DNA of 64,000 nt from Mayamaea pseudoterrestris. Taxonomy: Eukaryota. Under the pieces are notes generated by a model. It worked only from the letters and a program-made list of their open reading frames with translations, ran no database searches and was not told the origin of the DNA. Positions 1 to 11,700 of the stretch are shown piece by piece. The DNA is taken from positions 1 through 64,000 of the forward strand of contig BROI01000010.1 in NCBI GenBank assembly GCA_027923505.1, written 5' to 3'. A program made the translations under genes and the position numbers. Each line of letters starts with the position of its first letter. The first letter of the stretch is position 1.

Positions 1-2254
1 AACTCTCGTCCGTCGGCGGACGCATATCCATTCGAGGACAAACCGTCGCGGATCGCCAAGGGGATGGTCTTGCCACAACTGGAGCACAATGGCTTGTGTT
101 CCATTCTGGGAGCTAGCACGTCGTCGATCAGATGGCCGAACGAACGAGCTGCGATGGCATGAATGGATTCAGCACCGTTGTACAAAGCATACTGGTTGAA
201 CTGACCGATAATGGGTCCAGTCGAGTCTCCAATCAATGCGACGCCAGTTCCGATTGGAGGTCGCGACAGTGTGGTCGCTCAAACCTGTCACGTTAACGTG
301 TGGTTGGTAGTACTCAAGATTCTCATATCGCTTCCAGCGAGTCCACCGTTCGCCGCCCGTCAATCAGCGATCCTTGGCGGGTCTCGTTGCTGCGAAGCTT
401 CGATTCACAGTGTAGCGCACCGATACCATTGTGCGGTACCGACGCCCATCGCTTCCCATAAACTCTTGCTGGGTGTTATTCGCAGCTTGAGTGCGAGACG
501 ACGCAGCGTTCGAAGGAAAGATCTAATCATGTCATCCGGTGCACCTTGAGTGGCTGTCGTCGGGCGATCGAGACAGCGTCATTCTGATACAGGATTGTAC
601 CAGGCACCGAGGCAGCCGCTTGTGACTGCTGGTTATTTGCGCGTTGCCATTATTAGCGCGTCTTGTAGTGACTGGACTTGGGACGGCTTCGCGTCGAGCC
701 ATGAGCTGAGCGTATTCGTCCTCGTTAAGTCGGCCGAAGTCGTTCATCGACATGTACGACCAGGGTTCTGCAACAACTGTTCAAAGTTCAGATAATCACC
801 AGGGAATCGTTCCCGATGCGGGCGCATCCGGCTGCTGGTAGTGGCGCGGAAGAGCCTCGTCCTCCGGAACCACGGCTCACTTGGGAACCGCGTCCACCGT
901 CTCGTCCACCGCCGCGTCCGCCTTGGCGCCGCGTCCTCCGCCACGACCGGAACCGCGTCCATTACCACGTCCTTGACCGGAAGTGTTCGCGTTGTTCGCT
1001 TGGCGGTCGGCGTTCTTCTTGCCCTTATTCAACTTGGCGTTCTTGTTGTCGACGCGCAAAGCCTGCTGCGACAACATGTCGAAAAGACAGTCATAATCTT
1101 CCGTCACGACGGCGTCTGGGTCACCATTTGCACTGATGATGCGTCGTCGTTCAAATTGCAGGTGCTGGTCGAACGTCGTGCACGTGGGGCCGAATTCTTC
1201 GTCGCCCTCCACTGCAGCTCGGAGCCAGTAGTACTTTTTCTTGTCATCCGTCCTCCAGGACGGAACTCTTCGGAATTCTTCATGAGCTGTTCGATGTAGT
1301 TTAGGAACTTGTAGTGTCCTTTCGTCCAGGTCGAATCTAGGCGAATCGGTCGCAAGCTTGGCTTGCAGTTCGTTCGCTTGGATGGTAGCTAACCTCGCCG
1401 ACCAAACTTGGTCGCGGAGTTCGCGATAGACTGAGCGTCAGACTTGTCGCCGTACTTCATCAGGAGCGACTGGTGTCCAGGGACTTCGAGACAATTGCGA
1501 AACGCGGTGTACACGAAGACTTGCTGATTCTCGAATTCTAATTTCTCTTCTTCCGTGGCTGAGCTTTTGCTGTCGAGCACGTTAGAACAGCCATGGAGCT
1601 TGGCGATTGCCTTGGTAGACGCGCTCCAACTCAACCACGCGTGGGGATGTTGAAACGTTTTGTAGTCCTTATAGTCTCGTTTCGTCTTGAGGTTCGAGAA
1701 ACGACCCTTGGCATCTTCTTCCTTTTCGGCCTTCTCAGCCTTGATGGTCTCATTTTCGAGTTGCTTGGCAAGTAGCTCGGCTTGCTTCTTCTTGGACTCG
1801 AGTACGTAGTATCCTTCTTCACGCTTCCGCGCGATTTCTTGTTCCGCGAGAATCGCTTGGTATCGCTCGAGCTTGCCTAAATCAAGCAACGCCCATTTCT
1901 TGGTGTTCGGGGGTCCGTCGTGCATGGTAAACCATTCGCATGCATCGAGGACAAGGTTCCACTGGTGCTGGTCTTCGTTTCGTATCGTTCTGGGGCGGCG
2001 GCTGCTTGTTCCTCGGCCGGTTCCTCGGCCGGCTCGTCGCCGGGCGCATCGTCGGGTTGCGCGCCTTCAGGTTGTCCAACGCCAGCTTGGATGGCGGATC
2101 TGTCGACCCAGTAGGGGGCTTCAAGTTGCTCCTTGGTCAATCTCAACATCTGGGTAGTGGTGGTTACATTCCAAAACAAGAACGCTTCTTGGATGTCTCG
2201 TCCGAAAACGTTCGTGCAGAGAAGCTGCAAAGCTTCCGCAGTAATCGCAACCAT
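1..2254 (-). pseudogene. Frameshifted gag-pol polyprotein of the copia element (real decay or sequencing indels)
   Basis: Probable ATG at 2254 (MVAITAEALQ). The reading frame is broken into many fragments (1877-2299, 1389-1925, 1104-1355, 877-1212, 532-753, 169-363). Confidence 0.75.
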
Positions 2255-2458
2255 AATAGTGAATACCTCGCCTTCCGCAAGTCCTTTCTTACACAACAAC
2301 CGCTCTCAATGCAGTCGAGCCTTATACGATCCTGTTCTACGCGCTCGTGTCAAGTATTCGGATTGACGACGCCGCAAGGAATCTGCTCTTTCTCTCTCAA
2401 TTTCTCGATTCTTTCACTCTCTCTCTTTCGCACAGCTCTTTCAGGTCAAGACAAGCTA

Positions 2459-2473
2459 GCAAGACTGTTAATC
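2459..2473 (-). other. Putative primer-binding site complementary to a tRNA-Asn(GTT) anticodon arm
   Basis: The minus strand directly after the LTR reads GATTAACAGTCTTGC. Its complement, GCAAGA-CT-GTT-AA-TC, has tRNA anticodon-loop geometry. Confidence 0.65.
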
Positions 2474-2802
2474 TGACACGATAATATCAGACGAACCTTT
2501 ATTCCAGCGACTACAATGGACTCGGAGCGATCAACCTCTTCGTCCAGCGTAAAGCAAACAAACAAACTCAATTGCTAGAATAGTGCATGTTACTCGCTAC
2601 TCTACTCGTGCGCTTCTTTCTCGTTCTCACTGGGTTCACGGTCGAGGTTCACGCCTCGATCGTCAGCGATTTCACTCATGTATGTGAGGATTCGGCCACA
2701 AGTGTGACTCAACCCTGCACAGGATTAAATGCATACAAAACACAGGTAGCTAACCGTCTTGTCATGAGACGCAGGTCAACTCAACTCAATAATATTGTGT
2801 CA
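2474..2802 (-). repeat. 5' LTR (329 bp) of the copia element
   Basis: Begins TGACACGATAATAT and ends ATATTGTGTCA, giving TG...CA termini with an imperfect terminal inverted repeat. The PBS candidate lies on one side and a sharp junction to satellite on the other. Confidence 0.8.
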
Positions 2803-5145
2803 CTCAGGGAATGGCAATGTATTTGGTGACAACTTGTCACCAGTCTCAGCCTGCGGATGCCGTGACATTCAAACACTCCTACAGCAAGCCCTGTAGGTGC
2901 CCAAAATTAAACCAGAATGGTGCCAACATCATTATTCTGGCTGCGCTACAAGATGGTAGGCTTGGCTGGTGTCTCAGGGGATGGCAATCTATTTGGTGAC
3001 AACTTGTCACCAGTCTCAGCCCGCGGATGCCGTGACATTCAAACACCCCTACAGAAAGCCCTGTAGGTGCCCTAAATACACCAGAATGGTGCCAACATCA
3101 TTATTCAGGCTGCGCTACAAGTTGGTAGGCTTGGCTGGTGTCTCAGGGGATGGCAATGTATTTGGTGACAACTTGTCACAGTCTCAGCCCACGGATGCCG
3201 TGACATTCAAATGTCCCTACAGCAACCCCTGTAGGTGCCCAAAATACACCAGAATGGTGCCAACATCATTATTCAGGCATTGTTACAAGATGATAAACTT
3301 GGCTGGTGTCTCAGGGAATGGCAATGTATTTGGTGACAACTTGTCACCAGTCTCAGCCCGCGGATGCCGTGACATTCAAACACCCCTACAGAAAGCCCTG
3401 TAGGTGCCCAAAATACACCAGAATGGTGCCAACATCATAATTCAGGCTGCGCTACAAGATGGTAGGCTTGGCTGGTGTCTCAGGGGATGGCAATGTATTT
3501 GGTGACAACTTGTCACCAGTCTCAGCCCGCAGATGCCGTGACATTCAAACACTCCTACAGCAAGCCCTGTAGGTGCCCAAAATTAAACCAGAATGGTGCC
3601 AACATCATTATTCTGGCTGCGCTACAAGATGGTAGGCTTGGCTGGTGTCTCAGGGGATGGCAATCTATTTGGTGACAACTTGTCACCAGTCTCAGCCCGC
3701 GGATGCCGTGACATTCAAATGTCCCTACAGCAAGCCCTGTAGGTGCCCAAAATACACCAGAATGGTGCCAACATCATAATTCAGACTGCGCTACAAGACA
3801 GTATTCTTGGCTGGTTACTCAGGGGATGGCAATGTATTTGGTGACAACTTGTCACCAGTCTTAGCCCACGGATGCCATGACATTCAAATGTCCCTACAGC
3901 AAGCCCTGTAGGTGCCCAAAATACACCAGAATGGTGCCAACATCATTAATCAGGCTGCGCTACAAGATGGTATTCTTGGCTGGTGTCTCAGGGGATGGTA
4001 ATGTATTTGGTGACAACTTGTCACCAGTCTCAGCCCGCAGATGCCGTGACATTCAAACGCCCCTACAGCAAGCCCTGTAGGTGCCCAAAATACACCAGAA
4101 TGGTGCCAACATCATTAATCAGGCTGCGCTACAAGATGGTATTCTTGGCTGGTGTCTCAGGGGATGGCAATGTATTTGGTGACAACTTGTCACCAGTCTC
4201 AGCCCACAGATGCCGTGACATTCAAACGCCCCTACAGCAAGCCCTGTAGGTGCCCAAAATACACCAGAATGGTGCCAACATCATTATTCAGGCTGCGCTA
4301 CAAGATGGTAGGCTTGGCTGGTGTCTCAGGGGATGGCAATGTATTTGGTGACAACTTGTCACCAGTCTCAGCCCACAGATGCCGTGACATTCAAACGCCC
4401 CTACAGCAACCCCTGTAGGTGCCCAAAATACACCAGAATGGTGCCAACATCATTATTCAGGCTGCGCTACCCGTGACATTCAAACGCCCCTACAGCAACC
4501 CCTGTAGGTGCCCAAAATACACCAGAATGGTGCCAACATCATTATTCAGGCTGCGCTACAATATGGTAGGCTTGGCTGGTGTCTCAGGGGATGGCAATGT
4601 TTTGGTGACAACTTGTCACCAGTCTCAGCCTGCAGATGCCGTGACATTCAAACGCCCCTACAGCAAGCCCTGTAGGTGCCCAAAATACACCAGAATGGTG
4701 CCAACATCATTATTCAGGCTGCGCTACAATATGGTAGGCTTGGCTGGTGTCTCAGGGGATGGCAATGTATTTGGTGACAACTTGTCACCAGTCTCAGTTC
4801 TCGGATGCCGTGACATTCAAACACCCCTACAGAAAGCCCTGTAGGTGCCCAAAATACACCAGAATGGTGCCAACATCATTATTCAGGCTTCGCTACAAGA
4901 TGGTATTCTTGGCTGGTGTCTCAGGGGATGGCAATGTATTTGGTGACAAATTGTCACCAGTCTCAGCCCCCAGATGCCGGGACATTCAAACGCCCCTACA
5001 GCAAGCCCTGTAGGTGCCCAAAATACACCAGAATTGTTCCAACATCATTATTCAGGCTGCGCTACAAGATGGCAGTCTAGGCTGGTGTCTCAGGGGTTGG
5101 CAATGTATTTGGTGACAACTTGTCACCAGTCTCAGCCTGCGGATG
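2803..5145 (+). repeat. Satellite 1: ~14 tandem copies of a 169-170 bp unit
   Basis: TGGTGACAACTTGTCACCA recurs every ~169 bp (2824, 2994, ...). Copies are nearly identical, and one unit has an ~80-bp deletion at 4470/4471. Confidence 0.97.
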
Positions 5146-5336
5146 AGGGCTTGCTTGTATTATGTATCGTCATAAACAATTATTCTCATTATAAGTCTTT
5201 CAACAAGGTCAAACAAAATGAGATAGTTTTGTACCTTCAATCACACTCATTTCTGCATTGCAAATTAGATTAACACGCAATTATGTCACCTATCGCAAGA
5301 GTACTTAATAGCCTTCATAATTATCAAACTAGCAGT

Positions 5337-6338
5337 TTACTCGTAAAGGAATGGAAGTCCAGTGATAAGGTTGTCCATGCCATCGAATCCCGACTGAACA
5401 AAGTTCTGGCTGTCGTGACGGAGGAGCTCCAAGAAGGCAACCATGGCAAGGCGTCCATCTATAGATATACAATAAAGAAAGAAAGGGTGAGTCAATGTAA
5501 GGATGCGCAGGCGGCTGCAAACTGGCATGCTGTATTCGGTTCACTTACGCTGCAACTCCTGAAGCTTTCGGGTCTCGGCAACCTCGGGGCTGAGCTTGGG
5601 CTTTCCAAACTCAAAGTCTCCAAGGAAGCCATTGTAGTCGGTGGCACCGATCAAGAAGATGATCTGGGCCCATCCGAGCGCCGGGATGGCATCAATGGCG
5701 GCAACACCATTGGGGACATCGGCGCATGGAAGTCCTGGGGCAATGTCGAATGGGAAGCGGTAGAATTCCGGGACAATGTATCCGAGAACTCCCAACATGC
5801 CTGTGAAATAATAAGAAGGTGCTATAAGTGCGCGACTACGGCAACAGAATGCAATCAATAGCCTTGTCGTGTTGACCGGTCAATGCATCCAAACAGCTCG
5901 GACGCGATATCGCTGGTACTTACAAACACGTCCATGCTTGAGCTCGGCAGTGCGGTACTTGTCGAAGGTCTCCTCGTCAATGTTGGAGCTCAAGTTGAGC
6001 GGGTCAAAGAATCCAGTTGGGGCCTGTCGGTGTAAAGGATTCGGCGAATGGCGAATGGGTGAGATGCAGTTGTAGACGACACAGCTCTGTCCATGGCTCA
6101 TAATTACGTCTAGATCAGTTGAAATAGACAGCCACAATGCGAGATCGCACGTTTCATTGTCTTCACAAGAGCCATCCGATGGATTCGCAATCGTAGACTA
6201 TCTCGATGTTTGTCTACTTACAATGACACCAAGCTCGTTCTCGAAGGACGACTGAACGAGGGAGTTGGAGGCCTGCTTGGCGGAAGGGGCAAAGGCAGCA
6301 GCCGAGGCAATGAGGGAGGCGGCGATGGCAATCTTCAT
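5337..6338 (-). CDS. fcp: Fucoxanthin-chlorophyll a/c light-harvesting protein (FCP/LHC), 4 exons (6338-6222, 6023-5924, 5800-5549, 5458-5337)
   Basis: Presequence MKIAIAASLIASAAAFAP; LHC motifs GFFDPL, AELKHGRVCML and ELQHGRLAM; three GT-AG introns with consistent phase. Subfamily not assigned. Confidence 0.95.
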
Positions 6339-6740
6339 GGTGAACGTGTGTTGGTGGAGTGCTGGAAACTGAGGAGACAAGCTCGCAAGTCCCTGCAGTC
6401 CAAAAGGGCGACGTTGTCGTTGCGCGCGGTGGATTTGCTTCAACCAGGAGTCACTGCGAGATCCAGTCATGTGTGACGTAAATCTGCCCCCTTCTGTTCG
6501 GGTCTCACCCCCGAGAGCAACGAGTCTCAGAAATTCGGCATCTGGCGAGCACTCTAGAGCGCCCACAAAACAGCACAGAAATTGATGGCATCCATTGTTG
6601 CCGACCACTCGCGAGCAGCGCATCACGGAAGCCGAAATTCGAAAGTCCGAAGTTCCTTTCGACCATGACACGGCACAACGAAGAAGCATTGCTCCTTCGA
6701 AACGAGCAATTTGCACTCCTTGTCTATTAATAAAGAAAAA

Positions 6741-8225
6741 ATGAAGACTTCCACCATTCTCCTACTCTCCTTTCCGTCAGCAGAGGCCTTTTCGGCGCTT
6801 TCATCCTTTGCTCGACGCACCGAGTCACTTGCCAAGGTTTCCGTCGTGACTCGATCATCAGCCGCCGTCGGCATTACCATGTACGACTCCTCTCGCGACC
6901 CGCCATCCTCTCCGGAGCTCAACTCGTGGCACGTTTTGGCGACAACGGAACGATGGATCAGTGCGACATTGGCTGATCAGAATAGCAGTAGCAGCAGTCG
7001 ATCATCAAGTTCCCCGTCCATGCAGCAGCAGTCACCTTATTCCTCGAATCCATATTCACGCAAGGAAGTTGCCTACGCCTGCGAACCATTTTCGGATGCT
7101 GCCATGATTGTCGCAAGCATTTTTCGACGACTCAAAGAAGTCCGAGAGATTGGAGAAGGACATGCCAAGCAGCAGCGACTTTTGATGGATGAATGCAATG
7201 GTAAATGAATGTACTCGGATGACATTTATTTACACTTACTTCTACTTACACAATTGATCATTTTTGCTACAGACGACTCGTACGATCCAAAGACTCTGCG
7301 CCAGACGCAGGTGGTTGTCGTTCCTGGCAATTTGCAGTTTCGCAAAAGCTTTGCCACCTTTGACGACGTGGTCCGCACCATTAACGAGGCTCGTCGGCAG
7401 GCGCGCGACTTTGTTCTGACACGAAGCAATATTGACGACGACGACGACGACAGCAAACAATGGTCCGTTTCCATCAATTGCGCGCACATGCATCCAAATT
7501 TTGGCCAATTGACCAAGCAGCAGGAGCTGGAGCAGCTTCAAAATGAACCCGACGAAGTGGATTTGCACTACCAAGAGTATCAGGAAAAGAAGATGCTGGC
7601 TCGACGATCACCCTATCCCACCATTGTCTTGGAGGTACGAGCGATTCCGCCCATGAACTTGTCCGACGGCCGATCACCATATTCGCCGAAAGCGCTGCAG
7701 AGCCAACCAAGGTCTGGAAGCGTTTCCAGCAGCGACATTGCCGCACTCGAAGCACTCTTTGGTAAGTCGGCGCACTTGGGCGATTCAAACAACAGCAATC
7801 ATTATGAGGAGGATGCCTTTTACAATGCCATTGGACAAACCTTGGAGCAAGTAGATGCCAAGACGCCGCTTCGAATTGCACAGGAGTGGATGGTGCAGCA
7901 TGACGACGTTGCAATCAACAAGGCCAAGCAAGTTGCGTTTACGGAATCAGCCACGAACGAAATTGACGCAGCCTACGAATTCTTGTTTACAAATGTCGCC
8001 ATGATGCGCGACAATGGAACCAGTCGCCAATACTTGGTCTATCCGCAGTTGCTGGTGTCGAGCGCAACGTCGTTGGAAAAGTTTTGCCAGGCGGCGTTAA
8101 ACATTATGAAAGTATTGCCAGAACTCTCTGGCGGAAAGATGTTACTGGAAATATTTCATCCGGAGCATGTTGATGCAAGCAAGCGATCGCCCATGCCAAT
8201 TGTTGCATTGGAACTAACTGATTGA
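6741..8225 (+). CDS. Hypothetical protein, probably plastid-targeted, 2 exons (intron 7201-7272)
   Basis: MKTSTILLLSFPSAEAFSA resembles a signal peptide with an AF cleavage motif. A GT-AG intron joins the 165-aa and 338-aa ORFs in frame. No domain recognised. Confidence 0.75.
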
Positions 8226-8764
8226 TTCCTTACGCACTAGCATTGACTCCGAGCAATTCAGTTTGCTGAGCTTGCACACACATATTATAGACGAGCTTCC
8301 ATTTCAACATACACAGCTCAAGATTAGTGACATGGCCAACCTTAAAGTAGAAAGATTTACGTATGTCACTATCAGCCATTACAACATAGGCGTCGTAGCT
8401 TGAGCTTAAGCTTGGTTAGACTCGACATCGCCAAATAAATTTGATTGATGTCACATACGACGTAGTTTCCATTCCCGCTTTATTCACCATGGCACCGCGT
8501 CCATCGGTTTCTTGCGTCCACACGTTGCGCGCGGAAATGGAACGACTCGCTCCTTCCATCATCATTGATCAAACTGCAACACCCGCTCATCACCAAGGAG
8601 CCGTTCTGATCGATTATAATTTTTTTGCAAGAAGGAATTTCAGTTGCTAGCTAGGTCTGACATCTAGTGGAACTTTAGCTAGAGTTACTTGACAGATAGC
8701 TTGTTCATTCATTCGCTACGAGAAACGCCAGAGAATTTCAACGAACCGCACGAACAGTCCAATC

Positions 8765-11700
8765 ATGTCACAGCAACCAGCCTTTGCGGGCCGCGGAGGT
8801 CGAGGCGGCGGACGAGGACAGCAGCAGCCTCCGCAGCAGCAATTTCCAGCTCCTTATGCCACCGTCGCAGCTGGTGGCGGAAATAGCGCTCCTCGTCAGC
8901 AGAGCGCCTGGCAACCAACGTCAATGCCGCCGCAGAATCGACCCGTTCCGCAGCAGCCGCAAGCGTACCAGCCTCATCACCATGGACAAGCTGCCATTCC
9001 TGGAGTAGCGGGACAGCCGCCAATGGTTGTACCAGGAGTTGTTCCGGTTGCAGCTGGGGCAGGAGTTGCTGGAGGAGGAGCTCCGGTGCGCGCTGCTGCA
9101 GGAGGACATGCAGCTGCTCATCACATGCAGCAAATGCAGCATCAGCCGCAGCAGTTCGCTGCTTTCAATCCTGGCCATTATAATACATACGCGCAATACA
9201 ATCAGGCTGCCTACTATCAGCAGCCGGGAGTTCGCGGAATGGCGCCTCCGCAGCAGCCAGTCTATTATAATCCAAACATGCAGCAGCAGCAACCGCGCCA
9301 AGTTTACTATCCGTCACAGCAGACTGCGCCAATGCCTGTACCAGGATCAGCTGGCGCTTCAATTCCTTCTGCTACTAATACAGTTCCCGACTTTCAACCT
9401 TTGGCGCCAAGGCCAAAGAAGTTGCCTGTTATTACGGTATGTTTGTTGCCTGCTTGCTCTGATGCTTGCGTCTGGTTTCACTACACGTTTCATTTTCTAA
9501 TGCCACTTGCCCGCTCATTCGTTTTTAGGACAGGGACGGAAACGTCATTGACTTTTCCTCGATGAAGAAACCGACAAAGACTCTTGTTGCTCCAGTTACT
9601 GCTCCATCGTCGGCTGCAGCTTCGACATCAGCAGCGGCAGCAGCAGTTCCAGTAGTTGTTGCACCCGCTCCGGCGTCAGACTTTGGTGCCAAGATGCGAC
9701 AAGTCGCTCAGGAGCGGCTTGCCGCAAAGCCTACCGAACCAAAAGTGGAGGAAACCAAGGCTGCTGCACCAGTAGCCGAAAATGCAACGCCACTTGCAGT
9801 CAAGGCTGCTCCTGCATCCGCGCCACCGCCGGTGGCTACCTTGGCGGATCGCATGGCAAACATTAAGCTTGACGATGCCCCTGCAAAGACTACGATACCG
9901 ACAAGCAAGGGTCGTGTCATTTACACAAAGGATCAATTGCTAAGGTATGTATCGTACCTGTTCATTGATGGACTTTGTGCTTATCTCAGTTTACTCGTTG
10001 TGCTCATCCACTTTTTTCATCATGCAGCTTTAAATCTCAGTTCACGGCGCGACCAGAATCGCTTCCCGACCTTACCATTGTTAAAGTTCCAGTCACTGGA
10101 GGCCAACGCGGCGGAGGTGGCAGAGGAGGCGGCGGTGGTGGTAGCGGTGGAGGTGGCCGACATGACCGTGGCGGCGGCGATGCTGGTATTCAAAAAGGAG
10201 GCGGTGGCGGCGGTGACTGGTCCCGAGGGTCTGCTCCTCCGCGACGCGACAGTACTAATGCCGGTCAAAGCAACGGCAAGGAACCGAACCAATGGTCTCG
10301 TGGACATGCTCCTCCACCTCAACAACAGCAGCAACAGCAACAACAAAATAATCGGCAGAGCGGTAGAGGTGGCAAGCAATACGATAGTGGTCCATTCTTT
10401 GACGGCCCAGTCGCGCCACTCGTCAAGTCGGAGAATCACTGGCGCCCAAAGAAGAGTACATCCGCCTTGGATATTGCCGAAAAGCAAGTCATGTCGGTGC
10501 TGAACAAGATGACAAAGGAGAAGTTTGCAAAGCTTTCCGAAGTCATGGTGCAAATCCCAGTCACATCCAAGGAGATTTTGACCATGATGATCGATCGTGT
10601 CTACGACAAAGCAATTGACGAACCGGCTTTTGGTGACATGTACTCTGACTTGTGCTTTAAGCTTTCACACTCGGCCAAGGTTGACGATTTTGTTCACATT
10701 ATTGAGTCTGATGAGGAACCGCCGACGGAAGGCGACGCAACATGGGATCGTGGCGACTCAACGTCAAACACCGTCTATCGGTGGAGCAATGATGTTTCGA
10801 CGGGTGATAATGAAATTGTTGGGCCGTTTGATTCGATTGACGCATGTTGGGAGGTTGCACTTTCTGAAGTTGAAGCAACGCCGTCTCCCCGAGACGAGAA
10901 TATGGAGCTAGAGCTTGTCGAAGTTGCCATTCGACGTGGCATTTTCGTGAAAATAATGAAGAAAAAGGACTCTGACGACAGTGTTTTTTACACTGTTTAT
11001 TTTCCTGTAAACGAGGCAAACGAATGCGGGCAACAGTTATCGGAGATATTCCTCAGTCGAGTTGAGTGTGAAAGCGACGCAAACAAGAAAAATCATTTCA
11101 AGAACTCGCTACTCAACAAATGCGAAGAGGAATTCAGCAAAGAAGATATTTACGCCGATTGGAAGAAGGAAAAGGCTGCCTACGAAGAACATAAGGCGTC
11201 AATGACAGACGCTGAGCGGGCCGAGAAGGAGGAAGCGTTTAAATTCCGACGCATGCGAATCAAGAAACAGATGCTTGGAAACGTGAAGTTTATTGGCCAG
11301 TTGTACAAGAAGCGACTTCTTACCAAGAAGATTATGAGATTCTGCATAACTAAATTATTGAAAATTGACGAAACAAAAGACCCTACAACCAGCATTATCA
11401 CGTACACGGACAATGGCAGCGTGGATATGGACGAAGAGGACCATGAAGCTCTTTGCAACATCTTTACGACGATTGGATCCACGATCGACACACCAACGCA
11501 AGCTGATTTTGTCGACGTCTGTTTTGCTAAGATCAAGGCCCTCAGCGAGAGCAAGGATCTCTCGTCGCGGTCAAGGTTTATGTACAAGGATTTGTTAGAG
11601 CTCCGCAGCAACCGATGGGTTCCTCGACGAAAGGAAGAGAAGGCCAAGACACTTGAGGAGATTCGAAAGGATGTTGAGCGCGAAGAGCGAGCACAGGCTC

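Larger units (their letters stand above)
1..2802 (-). mobile_element. Ty1/copia LTR retrotransposon (diatom CoDi-like), 5' portion: LTR, PBS, gag and protease; continues off the left edge of the window
   Basis: Minus-strand ORF fragments give gag-like text (FENQQVFVYTAF...KSDAQSI, IRLDSTWTKGHYKFL). A protease-like motif GSLID(G/G)ANGGLAGSDMRIL can be rebuilt across a frameshift at ~320-375, and IPLAIRDGL..MDMRPPTDE lies at 1-66. A TG...CA LTR sits at 2474-2802. Confidence 0.85.

Noticed and set aside
2455..2480. A tRNA-Asn gene
   Set aside because: Only the anticodon-arm segment is present, with no T-arm (GTTCGA) or acceptor stem. It is better explained as a primer-binding site.
2803..5145. 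CRISPR-like array (regularly spaced palindromic repeat)
   Set aside because: The sequence between palindromes is nearly identical from unit to unit, so there are no unique spacers. No cas genes are present and the context is eukaryotic.
2811..5273. Repetitive ORFs (MSQGMAMYLVTTCHQSQP...) in satellite 1, also at 48216-51242
   Set aside because: The 169-bp unit is not a multiple of 3 and stops recur every few units. These are translation by-products of the repeat.
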